NCBI GenBank assembly: GCA_037721215.1
Contig: JBBJNV010000003.1
Coordinates: 55,646-119,645 of the forward strand
Source: Gemmatimonadaceae bacterium
GTDB lineage: Bacteria > Gemmatimonadota > Gemmatimonadetes > Gemmatimonadales > Gemmatimonadaceae
Direction: 5' to 3'
Length of the DNA stretch: 64,000 nt
The notes under the pieces: generated by a model
What the model was told of the DNA's origin: nothing
Database searches by the model: none
The model's input: only the letters and a program-made list of their open reading frames with translations
Position numbers and translations under genes: made by a program
Shown here: positions 20,570-31,079 of the stretch, in pieces
Layout: each line of letters starts with the position of its first letter
Position numbering within the stretch: position 1 is the stretch's first letter

Positions 20570-22235
20570 ACGGGGAGCAGGACGCGATGCAGCATCGACT
20601 GCTGAGCCAACCGGCCATATCGACACATTCTGCGCGCAACATCTTCCGCCGCCTGAATTGTGGCCCATTCGTGAATGGACGGGCATTCCCGAGCTGACAT
20701 ATCCCGCCCGGATGAACTGTGCGACTGAGCTACTCGATCTGACCGTCACGTCGAGAGATGGTGAACGCCCCGTATTCCGGTTTCCAGGTGGTGTGTGGAC
20801 TTACCGGGAGTTGATGGAAAAGGCGAATCGGATCGCCAACGTCATGGTGGACGATCTCGGGCTTACTCCCGGCAACCGGGTTCTGCTGCGAGGTCCCAAT
20901 ACCCCGCTGATGGCAGCCTGCTGGTTCGCCGTGCTGAAGGCGGGCGGCGTCGCGGTTTGCACGATGCCGCTCCTTCGCGAACGCGAACTGCGCTACGTGG
21001 CCAATAAGGCCGGAATAAGCCTGGCACTTACCGACAGTCGCCTGGCAGCAGAATGCGAAGCAGCGTTCCTCACAGGTCGCGAGGGCGAAGTCGGGATGGC
21101 CGCCCGTGTCATGCAGTTCAACAGCGATTCTTCAGACGGTCTCGAGCAATTGATGGAGCGCAAGCCGGAGACCTTCGCGAACAGGGATACTTCGGCCGAC
21201 GACATCGCGATCATTGCCTTTACATCCGGTACGACGGGCGAAGGCAAAGGCACGATGCATTCACATCGTGACCTGCTGGCCGTAAGTGACTGTTTCCCAC
21301 GGTATGTGTTGAAGCCGGTGTCGGATGACCTGTTCTGCGGCTCTCCGCCCCTGGCGTTCACCTTTGCGCTCGGCGGACTGATCCTGTTTCCGATGCGGGT
21401 CGGGGCTTGTTCACTGCTGCTCGAGCAGCCCACTCCACCCAATCTCATCGAGGCGATAGAGCAGTACCGTCCAACAATCTGCTTTACCGCGCCTACCGCT
21501 TACCGCGCGATGAGCAGGCTGCTGGCGGAGCACGATGTTTCGAGCCTCAGGAAATGTGTATCTGCGGGTGAGGCACTTCCGCCGGCTGTCTACGAGGATT
21601 GGCACACGGGCACTGGCATCAAAATTATCGACGGCATCGGAGCCACCGAGATGCTGCACATTTTTATCAGCGCATCGGGAGATGACATCCGCCCCGGCGC
21701 AACGGGAAAGATCGTGCCGGGATATCGCGCACGCGTGGTCGATGATGACAACAATGACGTGCCCGTGGGGAAAGTGGGCCGACTGGCAGTAAGAGGACCA
21801 ACCGGCTGCCGTTACCTGGACAACATTCCGCAGCAACGTGAGTACGTGCGTGATGGCTGGAATCTCACGGGGGATTCCTATGTGCTGGATGCGGACGGTT
21901 ACTTCTGGTATCAGGCGCGCACCGACGACATGATCATTTCCGGCGGTTACAATATTGCCGGGCCTGAAGTAGAGAATGTATTGCTGGAACATGCTGCGGT
22001 GGCGGAGTGTGCCGTGATTGGCGAGTCGCACGAAGACAGAGGATCGATCGTAAAAGCGTATGTGGTCCTCGTACAGGGTCAGACAGGAAACGCTGAGATG
22101 GCAAAAGAGCTTCAGGATTTCGTGAAATCGCAGATTGCGCCGTACAAGTACCCGCGGGCAGTGGAATTCACCGAATCATTGCCACGTACGCCAACTGGCA
22201 AGCTCCAGCGATACCGGTTACGAGAGAGAACATGA
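20562..22235 (+). CDS. abmG: 2-aminobenzoate/benzoate-CoA ligase
   Basis: [31 protein letters not shown]; operon context. Confidence 0.85.
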   Translation: MAERGAGRDAASTAEPTGHIDTFCAQHLPPPELWPIREWTGIPELTYPARMNCATELLDLTVTSRDGERPVFRFPGGVWTYRELMEKANRIANVMVDDLGLTPGNRVLLRGPNTPLMAACWFAVLKAGGVAVCTMPLLRERELRYVANKAGISLALTDSRLAAECEAAFLTGREGEVGMAARVMQFNSDSSDGLEQLMERKPETFANRDTSADDIAIIAFTSGTTGEGKGTMHSHRDLLAVSDCFPRYVLKPVSDDLFCGSPPLAFTFALGGLILFPMRVGACSLLLEQPTPPNLIEAIEQYRPTICFTAPTAYRAMSRLLAEHDVSSLRKCVSAGEALPPAVYEDWHTGTGIKIIDGIGATEMLHIFISASGDDIRPGATGKIVPGYRARVVDDDNNDVPVGKVGRLAVRGPTGCRYLDNIPQQREYVRDGWNLTGDSYVLDADGYFWYQARTDDMIISGGYNIAGPEVENVLLEHAAVAECAVIGESHEDRGSIVKAYVVLVQGQTGNAEMAKELQDFVKSQIAPYKYPRAVEFTESLPRTPTGKLQRYRLRERT

Positions 22236-22651
22236 GCCACACGTCCGACGGAGACGCAATTTCGCTTCACCCCGAGGGTTGGGCGCCACCGCGCGGATAC
22301 GCCAATGGCATCTCTGTGCGGGGAAGACATATCGTCCTCGCCGGGCAGATTGGATGGGATCCCATGGATTGTTCCTTCCGTACTGATGAGTTTGCCGGCC
22401 AGACCCGACAGGCACTGATCAACATTGTCACTCTGCTGGACGAGGCAGGCGCGACTCCAGCGCACCTGGTCCGCCTGACCTGGTACGTCACCAGTCGCGA
22501 GGAGTATGTCGCGTCGCGCTCCCGGATCGGGCAGGCGTGGAAAGAAACAGTGGGGAACCACTATCCGCCAATGTCCGTGATCGTGGTTTCGGGACTGCTG
22601 GAGGAACGTGCTAAAGTCGAGATCGAGGCAACGGCGGTAATCCCGGATTGA
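22232..22651 (+). CDS. RidA/YjgF family protein
   Basis: PRGYANG, LAGQIGWD, KVEIEATAVIP. Confidence 0.9.
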   Translation: MSHTSDGDAISLHPEGWAPPRGYANGISVRGRHIVLAGQIGWDPMDCSFRTDEFAGQTRQALINIVTLLDEAGATPAHLVRLTWYVTSREEYVASRSRIGQAWKETVGNHYPPMSVIVVSGLLEERAKVEIEATAVIPD

Positions 22652-22700
22652 CCGCCTCGTACGACCCGGGATGGAAGGCTCAATCGCTAGCGAACGACGT

Positions 22701-22901
22701 TGACCACAGATGACGCAGATGGGCGCAGATGACACCGATAGAGAGACAAGCACTGAAGAAAAAAGTGTCCACTCCGGGACTCGACTAGCGCCGAATTGTC
22801 GTATTACCCTTCGAGAGACTTCGCCTTAGCCGGCTCGACGGCGGAGATACAGCGTGGTGTTCATCGGTGTTATCTGTGCCCATCGGTGTCATCTGTGGTT
22901 A
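22701..22901. repeat. Inverted-repeat element with tandem CACAGATG-like arms, copy 2
   Basis: Left arm 22701-22740 TGACCACAGATGACGCAGATGGGCGCAGATGACACCGATA; right arm 22861-22901 has reverse complement TAACCACAGATGACACCGATGGGCACAGATAACACCGATGA. Confidence 0.85.
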
Positions 22902-22906
22902 TTGGA

Positions 22907-25261
22907 TTATCCGGGCCGCCCCCGGTCTCGCGGGGCCAGCAGTTTTTCTCTCCCCGTCAAATAGAGTACTGCTATCAAAGCGAGGAACGGAATCATCGAC
23001 AGCAGGTCAGATGCCGGGCCATCGCGAAAGGGGTTGGAGTCGCCAAAGCCGGATATCGATTCATTGAACCCAGCCATGAATGGAACGCCGGCCAGAAATG
23101 CGATGATGATTCCGGCGATTGCGCCGCCTGCGATATAACCGGACGCCATCAGCACACCCGGGCTCTTGTCGCCCTCGGCGACCAGTTGATCTTCGCTGAG
23201 ATTCTTTCCGGCGTGCTTGCGTCCAATCCACCGGTCAACTGCCCAGCGGATAATTCCGCCAATGAAGATGGGGGCGGATGAAGACAGCGGCAGATACACT
23301 CCGACCGCGAAGGCCAGCGATGGAATACCCGACATCTCGAGAACCACCGCTATCATTGCGCCGAGCAGTACGAGGCCCCACGGCAGCTCGCCCCCGAGAA
23401 TCCCCTTGATGATATAGGACATGAGCGTAGCCTTGGGCGCATCGAACTTGGGAATGTCCTGACCATTTGGCAGCTCGCGAATCGCACCGTTGATACCGGG
23501 ATCCACGAAATACACCGGAGTTCCGGCTGCATCCACCAGGTATTTTTCGGCGTTTCCACCGGCGGGATCCTGACGGTGCCACACCATGTATTCTTTCGGA
23601 TCGGTAATTCCGCCGGCGACTGTCCCCTCTACGGTCTCCCTGCGACCGAGCGTAGCCACATCAGCGCGTTCACCGGGTGTCACCGATCCGGCTGAAATGC
23701 CTGCGATAGTTGCACCGACCGGAACATAGACCGAACCCGCCGAGTTGAGCTTCAGGAGAATCGGCCCGAGTGCCAGTGCAGAGACGGTGGCGCCGATGAG
23801 AATCGCTATCTGCTGCGATCGGGGTGTTCCACCGACGAGGAAGCCCGTCTTCAGATCCTGCGACGTAGTTCCACCGTTTGATGACGCGATGCAGACGATC
23901 GCGCCGATGGAGAGCGCGGTGACGTAGTAGTTGCTGCCCGTCCAGCCGAGGATGACGAAGCAGAGGCAGGTGAGAAGCAGGGTAGCGACTGTCATTCCTG
24001 AGATCGGATTTGACGACGAGCCGATCTCGCCTGTAAGCCGCGACGATACTGTGACGAAAAGAAATCCGAACACGATGATAAGAAGTCCGGCGGCAACCCG
24101 GGTGACAATCGACGTACCCCCGATGTACAGCGGATTTGCGAACGCAATCGCAACGATAAGAGCGATGAGGCCGATGAAAACGACACGGATTGGAAGGTCG
24201 CGGTCTGTTCGCGGTGTCGTTGGCGCCTCGCCGGTCTTCGCGGAAGAGATATCCCGCATGCCGCCTCTGATGCCGTGCCAGATTGTTGGCAACGACCTTC
24301 CAACGCTGATGAGACCACCCGCCGCGACAGCGCCCGCTCCGATATACAGCACGTAGGAATTTCGGATTGCGTCGGGATCCATGTCCCTGATGAGCGTAGT
24401 CGTCTCGGGCGCCAGCGGTGTGCCGAGCGCAGCTCCGAAGTAGGCAATCATCGGAATGAGAATCAGGTAGGCAAGTACTCCACCGGCGCACATAATCGAT
24501 GCGATGCGCGGGCCGATGATGTAGCCAACGCCGAGCAGCTCGGGGGATACCTCGACGGCTACTGAGGCTTTGCTGAAGGGTGCGCCGAAAATGTAGCCAG
24601 GGGCCTCCTTCCATCCTCTGAATGCAACCATTGCCGTCTTGTAGGCGAGCGCAATCCCGAAGCCCGTGAAGATCGTTCTGGCGCTGGTGCCGGCCCCGAG
24701 CATTTCCTGCTCGCGCCTTGCTTCGGGTGATGCAGCGGCGCGGGACTCGGGCGACGCCCCGGCCTTCAGTACTTCAGCGCATGCCGTGCCTTCGGGGTAT
24801 TTCAGAATGCCATGCTGTGCGACGATCAGCGCCCGGCGGAGCGGGATCATCATCAGAATACCGAGCAGGCCGCCGAGTACGGCGACAAGCATGACGCGGG
24901 TGATCTCGAGGTCGAATCCAAGAATGAGTATTGCCGGCATCGTCACGCCGACTCCGAACGCAATCGATTCGCCGGCGGAACCGGCTGTCTGGACGATGTT
25001 GTGCTCGAGGATAGTGGCGTCTCTGACACCCATCTTCGAGAGAAGTCTGAAAAGCGTGATGGAAATGACGGCGACAGGAATCGACGCTGATACCGTGAGG
25101 CCGACTTTGAGAACGAGGTAAAGCGATGACGCGCCGAAAATCAGGCCGAGCACGGTGCCGACGATGATCGGCAGGGGTGTCAGCTCGCGAAGTGCTGTTG
25201 TGGCCGGGATGTAGGGGGTGAACGCTGCGGAGGCAGGCCTCCCGGGTTGGTCTGCACTCAT
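22907..25261 (-). CDS. OPT family oligopeptide transporter
   Basis: GLTVSASIP, QTAGSAGES, YPEGTACAEVL, SSNPISGMT, QDLKTG. Confidence 0.94.
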   Translation of the reverse strand: MSADQPGRPASAAFTPYIPATTALRELTPLPIIVGTVLGLIFGASSLYLVLKVGLTVSASIPVAVISITLFRLLSKMGVRDATILEHNIVQTAGSAGESIAFGVGVTMPAILILGFDLEITRVMLVAVLGGLLGILMMIPLRRALIVAQHGILKYPEGTACAEVLKAGASPESRAAASPEARREQEMLGAGTSARTIFTGFGIALAYKTAMVAFRGWKEAPGYIFGAPFSKASVAVEVSPELLGVGYIIGPRIASIMCAGGVLAYLILIPMIAYFGAALGTPLAPETTTLIRDMDPDAIRNSYVLYIGAGAVAAGGLISVGRSLPTIWHGIRGGMRDISSAKTGEAPTTPRTDRDLPIRVVFIGLIALIVAIAFANPLYIGGTSIVTRVAAGLLIIVFGFLFVTVSSRLTGEIGSSSNPISGMTVATLLLTCLCFVILGWTGSNYYVTALSIGAIVCIASSNGGTTSQDLKTGFLVGGTPRSQQIAILIGATVSALALGPILLKLNSAGSVYVPVGATIAGISAGSVTPGERADVATLGRRETVEGTVAGGITDPKEYMVWHRQDPAGGNAEKYLVDAAGTPVYFVDPGINGAIRELPNGQDIPKFDAPKATLMSYIIKGILGGELPWGLVLLGAMIAVVLEMSGIPSLAFAVGVYLPLSSSAPIFIGGIIRWAVDRWIGRKHAGKNLSEDQLVAEGDKSPGVLMASGYIAGGAIAGIIIAFLAGVPFMAGFNESISGFGDSNPFRDGPASDLLSMIPFLALIAVLYLTGREKLLAPRDRGRPG

Positions 25262-25309
25262 TTGGGCCGTCGCACCTCTGCTGAGTGAGACGGCGCGCCC
25301 GGCGCAGCT

Positions 25310-25519
25310 TTATGCGTCGGGCTTTTCGTCTCGTGGCTTGCGCCGCGGGCCACGTTCCAGGCGTGTTCCGCCCGGACCATATAACTCCTTGCGTACTCGC
25401 ATCGCCAGCCAGATGGTGGACGCGGCGCCGACGGTGATCTTGAGTGCCTTGAAGATCATGCTTTTCTGCGGTGCGCGAACGGCGCGGCGTACAACATCGA
25501 CGGCTTCTTCGGCTTTCAT
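25310..25519 (-). CDS. Small hypothetical protein with one hydrophobic segment
   Basis: 69-aa ORF co-oriented upstream of the OPT gene; fills the gap. Confidence 0.45.
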   Translation of the reverse strand: MKAEEAVDVVRRAVRAPQKSMIFKALKITVGAASTIWLAMRVRKELYGPGGTRLERGPRRKPRDEKPDA

Positions 25520-25647
25520 GGTCTGTTGTCCGGACGGTAGCGGTTACTAGGCATCGCTGCTCCTGGCGGTTGCAGTGGATGCCTGGGCGGCAATGCAGGA
25601 TGTGGAGAAGATAGCGTAGTCGAGGTGCAGCGGTATCTTGTGCGACC

Positions 25648-26529
25648 ATGACTGCTTCAGACTCGACGACGCTGGCGGGGATTCGCATCACTGATGTCCA
25701 CGTCCACATCCATCCGTGGCGCGAGATGCGGCCGGAGATTGTGGAGGTTTTGCGTATCGGCCAGCGCGATCCCGATTTTCTGGAGCAGGTGATGTATGAT
25801 CCAAAGCTTCTGCTGGCGATCATGGATGAGGATGGAGTTGATCGTGTAGGGCTGGTGAACTATCCATCCCCGGGTGTGATGGGTACCGATCTGCGGACGA
25901 TGGCTCACGCCGCGCGTTATGCAGAGGCGGCGCCGCACCGGATGATGTGGTATGCGGGGGTCCATCCGCTGGTGACACGCGATCCCGCGGGCGACGTGGA
26001 CGCGCTGATCGAGATGGGGATGCGGATGTTGAAAGTGCATCCGAACCATCAGGAGCTGCCCGCCAATGCTTACAGCGGCGGGCTCGATTCACAGGCGGCG
26101 GTGTACCGGCGCTGTGAGGAGCGTGGCATTCCGGTGCTGGTTCACACGGGGACGAGTGTTTTCCCCGGTGCGCGGAGCAAGTATGGAAACCCGCTCGAGA
26201 TAGACGATATGGCGATCGATTTTCCCGATCTGCAGATCGTGCTTGCTCATGGCGGGCGTCCGTTCTGGATGGGTGAGGCGTTCTTCGTTCTCAGGCGTCA
26301 CCGGAATGTGTGGTTCGACCTTTCGGGAATCCCTCCGAAGTCACTGTTGGAGTATTTCCCGAAGCTCGCCGAGCTCGAGCATAAGCTGCTGTGGGGTTCG
26401 GATTGGCCGAGTCCCGGGGTCGTGGGGATGAGGAGGAATATCGATCAGTTTCTGGGGTTGCCATTGAGCGACTCACTGAAGCGGGCGGCGCTGGAGGGGA
26501 ACTCGGAGCGACTTCTGCCGCGGGGCTGA
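25648..26529 (+). CDS. Amidohydrolase_2 family protein
   Basis: DVHVH, KVHP, VHTG, AHGG, GSDWP. Confidence 0.92.
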   Translation: MTASDSTTLAGIRITDVHVHIHPWREMRPEIVEVLRIGQRDPDFLEQVMYDPKLLLAIMDEDGVDRVGLVNYPSPGVMGTDLRTMAHAARYAEAAPHRMMWYAGVHPLVTRDPAGDVDALIEMGMRMLKVHPNHQELPANAYSGGLDSQAAVYRRCEERGIPVLVHTGTSVFPGARSKYGNPLEIDDMAIDFPDLQIVLAHGGRPFWMGEAFFVLRRHRNVWFDLSGIPPKSLLEYFPKLAELEHKLLWGSDWPSPGVVGMRRNIDQFLGLPLSDSLKRAALEGNSERLLPRG

Positions 26530-26673
26530 TTGTTGCATCGAATGGGATAATTGGTCAGATAGCACGAAAGTTGTAGGTAAAGGTGCGGGTGGGGGTCCGT
26601 CAGATGTGGTCGATGCGACGACGCCGATCATGCGGGTGCGCGGATTTTACGGGTGTAGAGAAAGGAGCAGGAG

Positions 26674-28152
26674 TTGACGTCTCGACGAGTACTGTACCAG
26701 GCTTTTCTGGCCGGCAGCGTGATCTTCGGCTGCTCCGACGCTCCCGCGGCACCGGGAGAGAATGCGCCCGGTGAGCTGTTGAACCGCGAATTCGAGCCAG
26801 TCGTGCTCACCGGCGAGACCATTCCGTCGTTTGCCGGTGTACCTCCCGCGCAACTCGTTGGTTTTCGCTTTGCTTCGGGGGCATGGACCCAGATCCCGAT
26901 TCAGGTGGACGAGCGGGCGGTCGTTTCACTGGGCAACGCATACGGCGGGCTGAATCCCCTGGCATGTGACCCGCCTACATTTTGTATCGCACTGAACGGC
27001 GCGCTGGTTCAGCTTTATTACACGGATCCAAAGACCCACATCGGCGCAGACCCGGATGCCGCGTTCGACAAGGATGACGAGCTGGTGTTCATGGCGCACG
27101 ACGCTGGAGTTGAAGCACCAGCGGATGCGCCAAGACCACCGGGACTTCAATCCCGCGCGGGGGTCAAGGTCATGATCTCGGAACCGGGCATCCCGGCAAT
27201 TCGCGGGTACGTGTATCTCTTCCGGCAGAACGGCACTCTCTCCAGCGGTGCGGGCAAGTCGTACGTCACCTACAACTTTTCCCTCGCTTCCGGCGAGTAT
27301 CTCACTTCCTATAACCGGGCAGGTACATCGGCTGACGCCAATCGTCGCACGGGCGATGCAGTCGGGGCAAACCCCGAGAATACGACTGTCACCACTCCTT
27401 TCTACAGCCAACACTTTGCCGACCGGTGGATACTCGATCGTATACATATCACGGCGGGAGGTGCGAGCGGCGTAGACATACTCGACAGGTACAAGAGCTC
27501 ATTTGCGCCGGGGAGTTGCGCACGAACCGAGTACACCGGATCACGTGGTGAGGGAGCGTTCATCGTCAACCGGTCTGGACCAGTGCGGGCGATTCGCGCG
27601 TTTCTGGGATTCAACAGCGGCCCGCTGGTGCAGCGCCAGCACATTTTCTATGAGCAGTACTCGGACGTGACCACGTTCCTGCGCGTCCACCCAATTCCGG
27701 GAATCGTCGACTTCTTCGACTACAGCCCTGCCGCAACCGGAATGACGTATCGCAACAACCAGAACCCGCAGGGTTTCCTGATCGACGGACGACCGGATGA
27801 TCATCGGCCGGGCCCACTTGAATGGGAGTCGGTGCAGGGTGCTGCGGGAACGATGGTGATGGCTCATTCACTGGCGACGAATACAACGGGAGTCGTTCGG
27901 ACGTCGTTCTATGAAGACGCGATAACATCCCAGTACACGCAGTGCACTGGAGATAATTCTGCGTACGCGGCGAGTGGCAACTGGATCACATCGGACATTC
28001 CGAACACCGACCCTCGGCTGCCCGGTGCTGCAGCGCTCTCAGTGCGGCGTCAGATGGTTTTCGGGGCGCCCGATCTGACGGCGGCCAAAGTCGCCGCAGT
28101 TGTCGCCAATCTCAAGGCGCCACTCGAGGTGCGGACAGTTGAGTATCCCTGA
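26674..28152 (+). CDS. Uncharacterised lipoprotein (492 aa)
   Basis: TTG start after AGGAG; signal peptide ending VIFGC; beta-rich; no family recognised. Confidence 0.8.
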   Translation: MTSRRVLYQAFLAGSVIFGCSDAPAAPGENAPGELLNREFEPVVLTGETIPSFAGVPPAQLVGFRFASGAWTQIPIQVDERAVVSLGNAYGGLNPLACDPPTFCIALNGALVQLYYTDPKTHIGADPDAAFDKDDELVFMAHDAGVEAPADAPRPPGLQSRAGVKVMISEPGIPAIRGYVYLFRQNGTLSSGAGKSYVTYNFSLASGEYLTSYNRAGTSADANRRTGDAVGANPENTTVTTPFYSQHFADRWILDRIHITAGGASGVDILDRYKSSFAPGSCARTEYTGSRGEGAFIVNRSGPVRAIRAFLGFNSGPLVQRQHIFYEQYSDVTTFLRVHPIPGIVDFFDYSPAATGMTYRNNQNPQGFLIDGRPDDHRPGPLEWESVQGAAGTMVMAHSLATNTTGVVRTSFYEDAITSQYTQCTGDNSAYAASGNWITSDIPNTDPRLPGAAALSVRRQMVFGAPDLTAAKVAAVVANLKAPLEVRTVEYP

Positions 28153-28281
28153 CGAACTCGGCTACCGTATGCCGACTTTCGCGGAATGTGTCCCATACCG
28201 AGACGCACGAGCTCCGAACTACAGTCGACGGCTACGGGCAGAAGGTTCGCTCATTCATTATTGATTCGAGCAGTTGGACCA

Positions 28282-28860
28282 TCAGTCGGGGGCTTGGTCA
28301 GGCGGCATTCCGGCGGTCCAGATACCCGGGTATTCGAGGACAAAGCCGACACGATTGACGACGAGATCGCGGAAGAACTTTCCGCCTGCGCTTTCGTAGT
28401 GGTAAAGACTATCCGCCGTCCGTCGATACGCCTGCTCGAGCACCTCTACGGTCAACTCGGGGAATCTCACCCAGGCGGCTCGTACTGCGGCCTCGTCGCC
28501 GACGTCAAGGCTGAGCCGGCGAATGGGTAGCAGATTTGTCGAGGGGCTAAAGCCCAGATCTATGTCATAACATCCCCGCAGATCGGCGCGTGGCGCTCCA
28601 TCGACCAGCCACTCGCCGGTCGGAAGACGTACGAGTTCGACGGTGTGCGAGTCCACACCGAGGAGCGAGGTTACTGTGGTGCTCGTCGTCCGCCAGCGAG
28701 CGTCGCAAATGATGTCGTACTCCAGCGCGGAATACTGCGCACCGTCCGCAAAGACCGCGATGCCATGCAGCCTCCATCCGTCCGGCTGCTGCCGAAGTTC
28801 GACTACCTCGTGTCCGGGGTGGTCAATACGACGCCAGAACATTCTCTCAGTCTGGGGCAC
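28282..28860 (-). CDS. Putative glycolipid-binding domain protein
   Basis: WRRIDHPGHE, DIDLGFSPSTNLLPIRRL, EQAYRR. Confidence 0.88.
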   Translation of the reverse strand: MPQTERMFWRRIDHPGHEVVELRQQPDGWRLHGIAVFADGAQYSALEYDIICDARWRTTSTTVTSLLGVDSHTVELVRLPTGEWLVDGAPRADLRGCYDIDLGFSPSTNLLPIRRLSLDVGDEAAVRAAWVRFPELTVEVLEQAYRRTADSLYHYESAGGKFFRDLVVNRVGFVLEYPGIWTAGMPPDQAPD

Positions 28861-28881
28861 ACTCTCCTCAAAGAGTCGATG

Positions 28882-29208
28882 TCATTGTTCGCGCTCGTTG
28901 ATCCCGGGGTGCGAGCGGTACCGCCAGTCGCGCCATCTTCGCCGCGGCTCGAGCCCCCATGCCGCGATACGAAACAGGAAGGCGGTGAATACTACATAAA
29001 TCCCAAACGCAGCCACGTAGATTCCAACGACGCCAACAATCCCAATTGCGGCTAATCCCAGCGGCGAAGTCAGCCCCCAGAGTACGTGAACCAGGCCCCA
29101 AAGGGATTCAATGGCAAGCGCAAGCGTATACAGTCCGGCACAAGCGGCGACAGCTCCGATTGCGCACTTTCCCTGCAAAGATGTCGGGCGCAGCAGCCAA
29201 CGCGTCAA
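28882..29208 (-). CDS. Hypothetical membrane protein
   Basis: Two to three hydrophobic segments; TTG at 29208 just after the upstream stop; start uncertain. Confidence 0.45.
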   Translation of the reverse strand: MTRWLLRPTSLQGKCAIGAVAACAGLYTLALAIESLWGLVHVLWGLTSPLGLAAIGIVGVVGIYVAAFGIYVVFTAFLFRIAAWGLEPRRRWRDWRYRSHPGINEREQ

Positions 29209-29216
29209 CTCATGCC

Positions 29217-31079
29217 TCAGACCACTTCCGCGAGAAGCTGATACATCTCCCGCGCATTCGTGGTCGCGTAATTCGCGTGATTGTTGTTGAAGGTCAGATG
29301 AACCCGCATCGCTCCATCGGCCGCGCGTTGAATGGCTGAGAGCCACGACGCAAGCTGCGTCTGCTGATACAGGTATCGGTATCGCTCTGTGACAATTTCA
29401 TTCCGCGTTTCCCACGTCGCGGTCCGCCGGCCGTGAAGCCGGATGATCGCCAGATCGGAATTGGTCACCTCGAATGTCGGCGGCATGCTGCTCTCCATGC
29501 CCGGCGGGGCATCGACCGCCACATAGCTGAATGACAGCTCGCGCAACAATCTGAAAGTTCGCGGCGCGATGCGGTCCGACAGCCAGTCCCGGTGCCGCAG
29601 CTCGACCGATGCCGGCATGTCGCCGAGGTGCTCGCGTGCCTCGCTCAGCCTGGCGGCGGCTTCGCGAGTAGGAGTAAACCAGCGCGGATACTGCAACATG
29701 ATCGCACCCAGCTTGCCCGCCGCATGCAAAGGCGCGAGGGCCGAGAGGAAACGCTGCCAGACTTCGTCAATTGCCTCGCGCGAGAAATGATGCGAATACA
29801 CATTGCGCGCGGCGCGAAGCCGGATTGGAAGATCTTCCTTCAGCCAGGGCGGCAGCCGCTCGGCACTGGTTGGGTGGCCCGTCATCAGAGCATGTGCCTT
29901 GATGTCGAAGCAAAAATGATCCGGAGTTCGTTCCACCCAGCGGCGTGCCGTCTCCTCGGAGGGCATTGCGTAATAAGTCGCGTCGACTTCGACCATCGAC
30001 AGCTGTGACGCGTAAAACCGCAGTCGCGGCTCGGGATTTGTTGCCCCCGGTGGATAAAACACATCGTCAGCGATGAGCGTTGGATCGGTCCATCCCGCTA
30101 CACCAGTGAATATTTCACTGCCCTTCCACTTCAGAGGAGCCGCAGCACACAGGGGCAGCGCATCGGCACGCCGGCGAGCCACTGTCCACCCGGGATCATG
30201 CACTGGATGCCAGCCCGATTCGGAAACCGCGGGTGCCGATGCCGCCATGGATTCGATTGCGTCGAGATCATCGGGAATCGGTGTTGGCGGAGCAAGCGTC
30301 TGCGCAATCATCGCCGCGACACGGCCCGGCGCCTCACGTGTAAGCGTTCCGATGAGCGCCGCCTCGGGAAGATTCTTCCAGTAACGCACCGGCATTTCGG
30401 CGCGCATGGCAGTTCGGTTGAGACGCGCGGGATTGAAGATCGCGGCATAGTACGTCCGCCAGAGCTCGTCCTGCGAATCCTCATCCGTGGGCGCGAGGTG
30501 GCGCTCGATGCCGTCGCTCAATTGCAACGATTCTCCGTCCCACCGCGCGCACCCGTCTGGCGTGAGTATGGACCACCGCATCGATGGAAAACGCCTGACG
30601 AAGAAGGGGGCGGTACGCTCCACTACGCAGTGCGCTGGCTCGAACCAGGAGACAAACTCTTCCTCATCGCTATCCGGATGTCTCATAGCGCGAAAGCGAA
30701 CGAACGCCTTCATTTTGTGCGCTGCGCGCCGTACCGCTCGATGCATGTGTATCAATCGATGAACAAGCGGATCTGACGCAACCTGAAGGATGTGGCTCTC
30801 GCCATGCGTTAGCCGCCACAACAGACTGTAAAGCAGCGACCATCGGACAGGATCGCGATTGCATGCTACGCTGCCTGCAAGTGCGACGAAGTGCCGCGGC
30901 ACGCGCATGCTGCCAAGATCATGGGCGGCTTCAGTGATCGGATCGCCAAAAAGGCGTGTCGCGGAGCCGTCGTCAAACCACTCGAGCTGGTCAGGAGGAA
31001 TCTGCGCTGCCAGCGACCGGCGGGCATCCCTGCGCCATCGGCTCAAACGCTCCGGAACCATGACTGCGGCAGTGATCAC
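29217..31079 (-). CDS. DUF4130 (TIGR03915-type DNA-repair-associated)-DUF72 fusion protein
   Basis: About aa 10-260: HKMKAFVRFR, WFEPAH, YYAAIFNPARL, YWKNLPEA. From aa 322 (30116): GVAGW, VEVDATYYAMP, FDIKAH, QYP, VELRH, RLHGR, FNNN. No stop between the domains. Confidence 0.9.
   Translation of the reverse strand: MITAAVMVPERLSRWRRDARRSLAAQIPPDQLEWFDDGSATRLFGDPITEAAHDLGSMRVPRHFVALAGSVACNRDPVRWSLLYSLLWRLTHGESHILQVASDPLVHRLIHMHRAVRRAAHKMKAFVRFRAMRHPDSDEEEFVSWFEPAHCVVERTAPFFVRRFPSMRWSILTPDGCARWDGESLQLSDGIERHLAPTDEDSQDELWRTYYAAIFNPARLNRTAMRAEMPVRYWKNLPEAALIGTLTREAPGRVAAMIAQTLAPPTPIPDDLDAIESMAASAPAVSESGWHPVHDPGWTVARRRADALPLCAAAPLKWKGSEIFTGVAGWTDPTLIADDVFYPPGATNPEPRLRFYASQLSMVEVDATYYAMPSEETARRWVERTPDHFCFDIKAHALMTGHPTSAERLPPWLKEDLPIRLRAARNVYSHHFSREAIDEVWQRFLSALAPLHAAGKLGAIMLQYPRWFTPTREAAARLSEAREHLGDMPASVELRHRDWLSDRIAPRTFRLLRELSFSYVAVDAPPGMESSMPPTFEVTNSDLAIIRLHGRRTATWETRNEIVTERYRYLYQQTQLASWLSAIQRAADGAMRVHLTFNNNHANYATTNAREMYQLLAEVV

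Noticed and set aside
22765-22790. GTGTCCAC as an IS3 right end matching 61746
   Set aside because: Only 8 bp match, there is no terminal GATCA, and it lies far upstream of the left end.
25549-25584. Hairpin upstream of the small ORF/OPT as a riboswitch
   Set aside because: A single 12-bp stem with no recognisable aptamer motifs.
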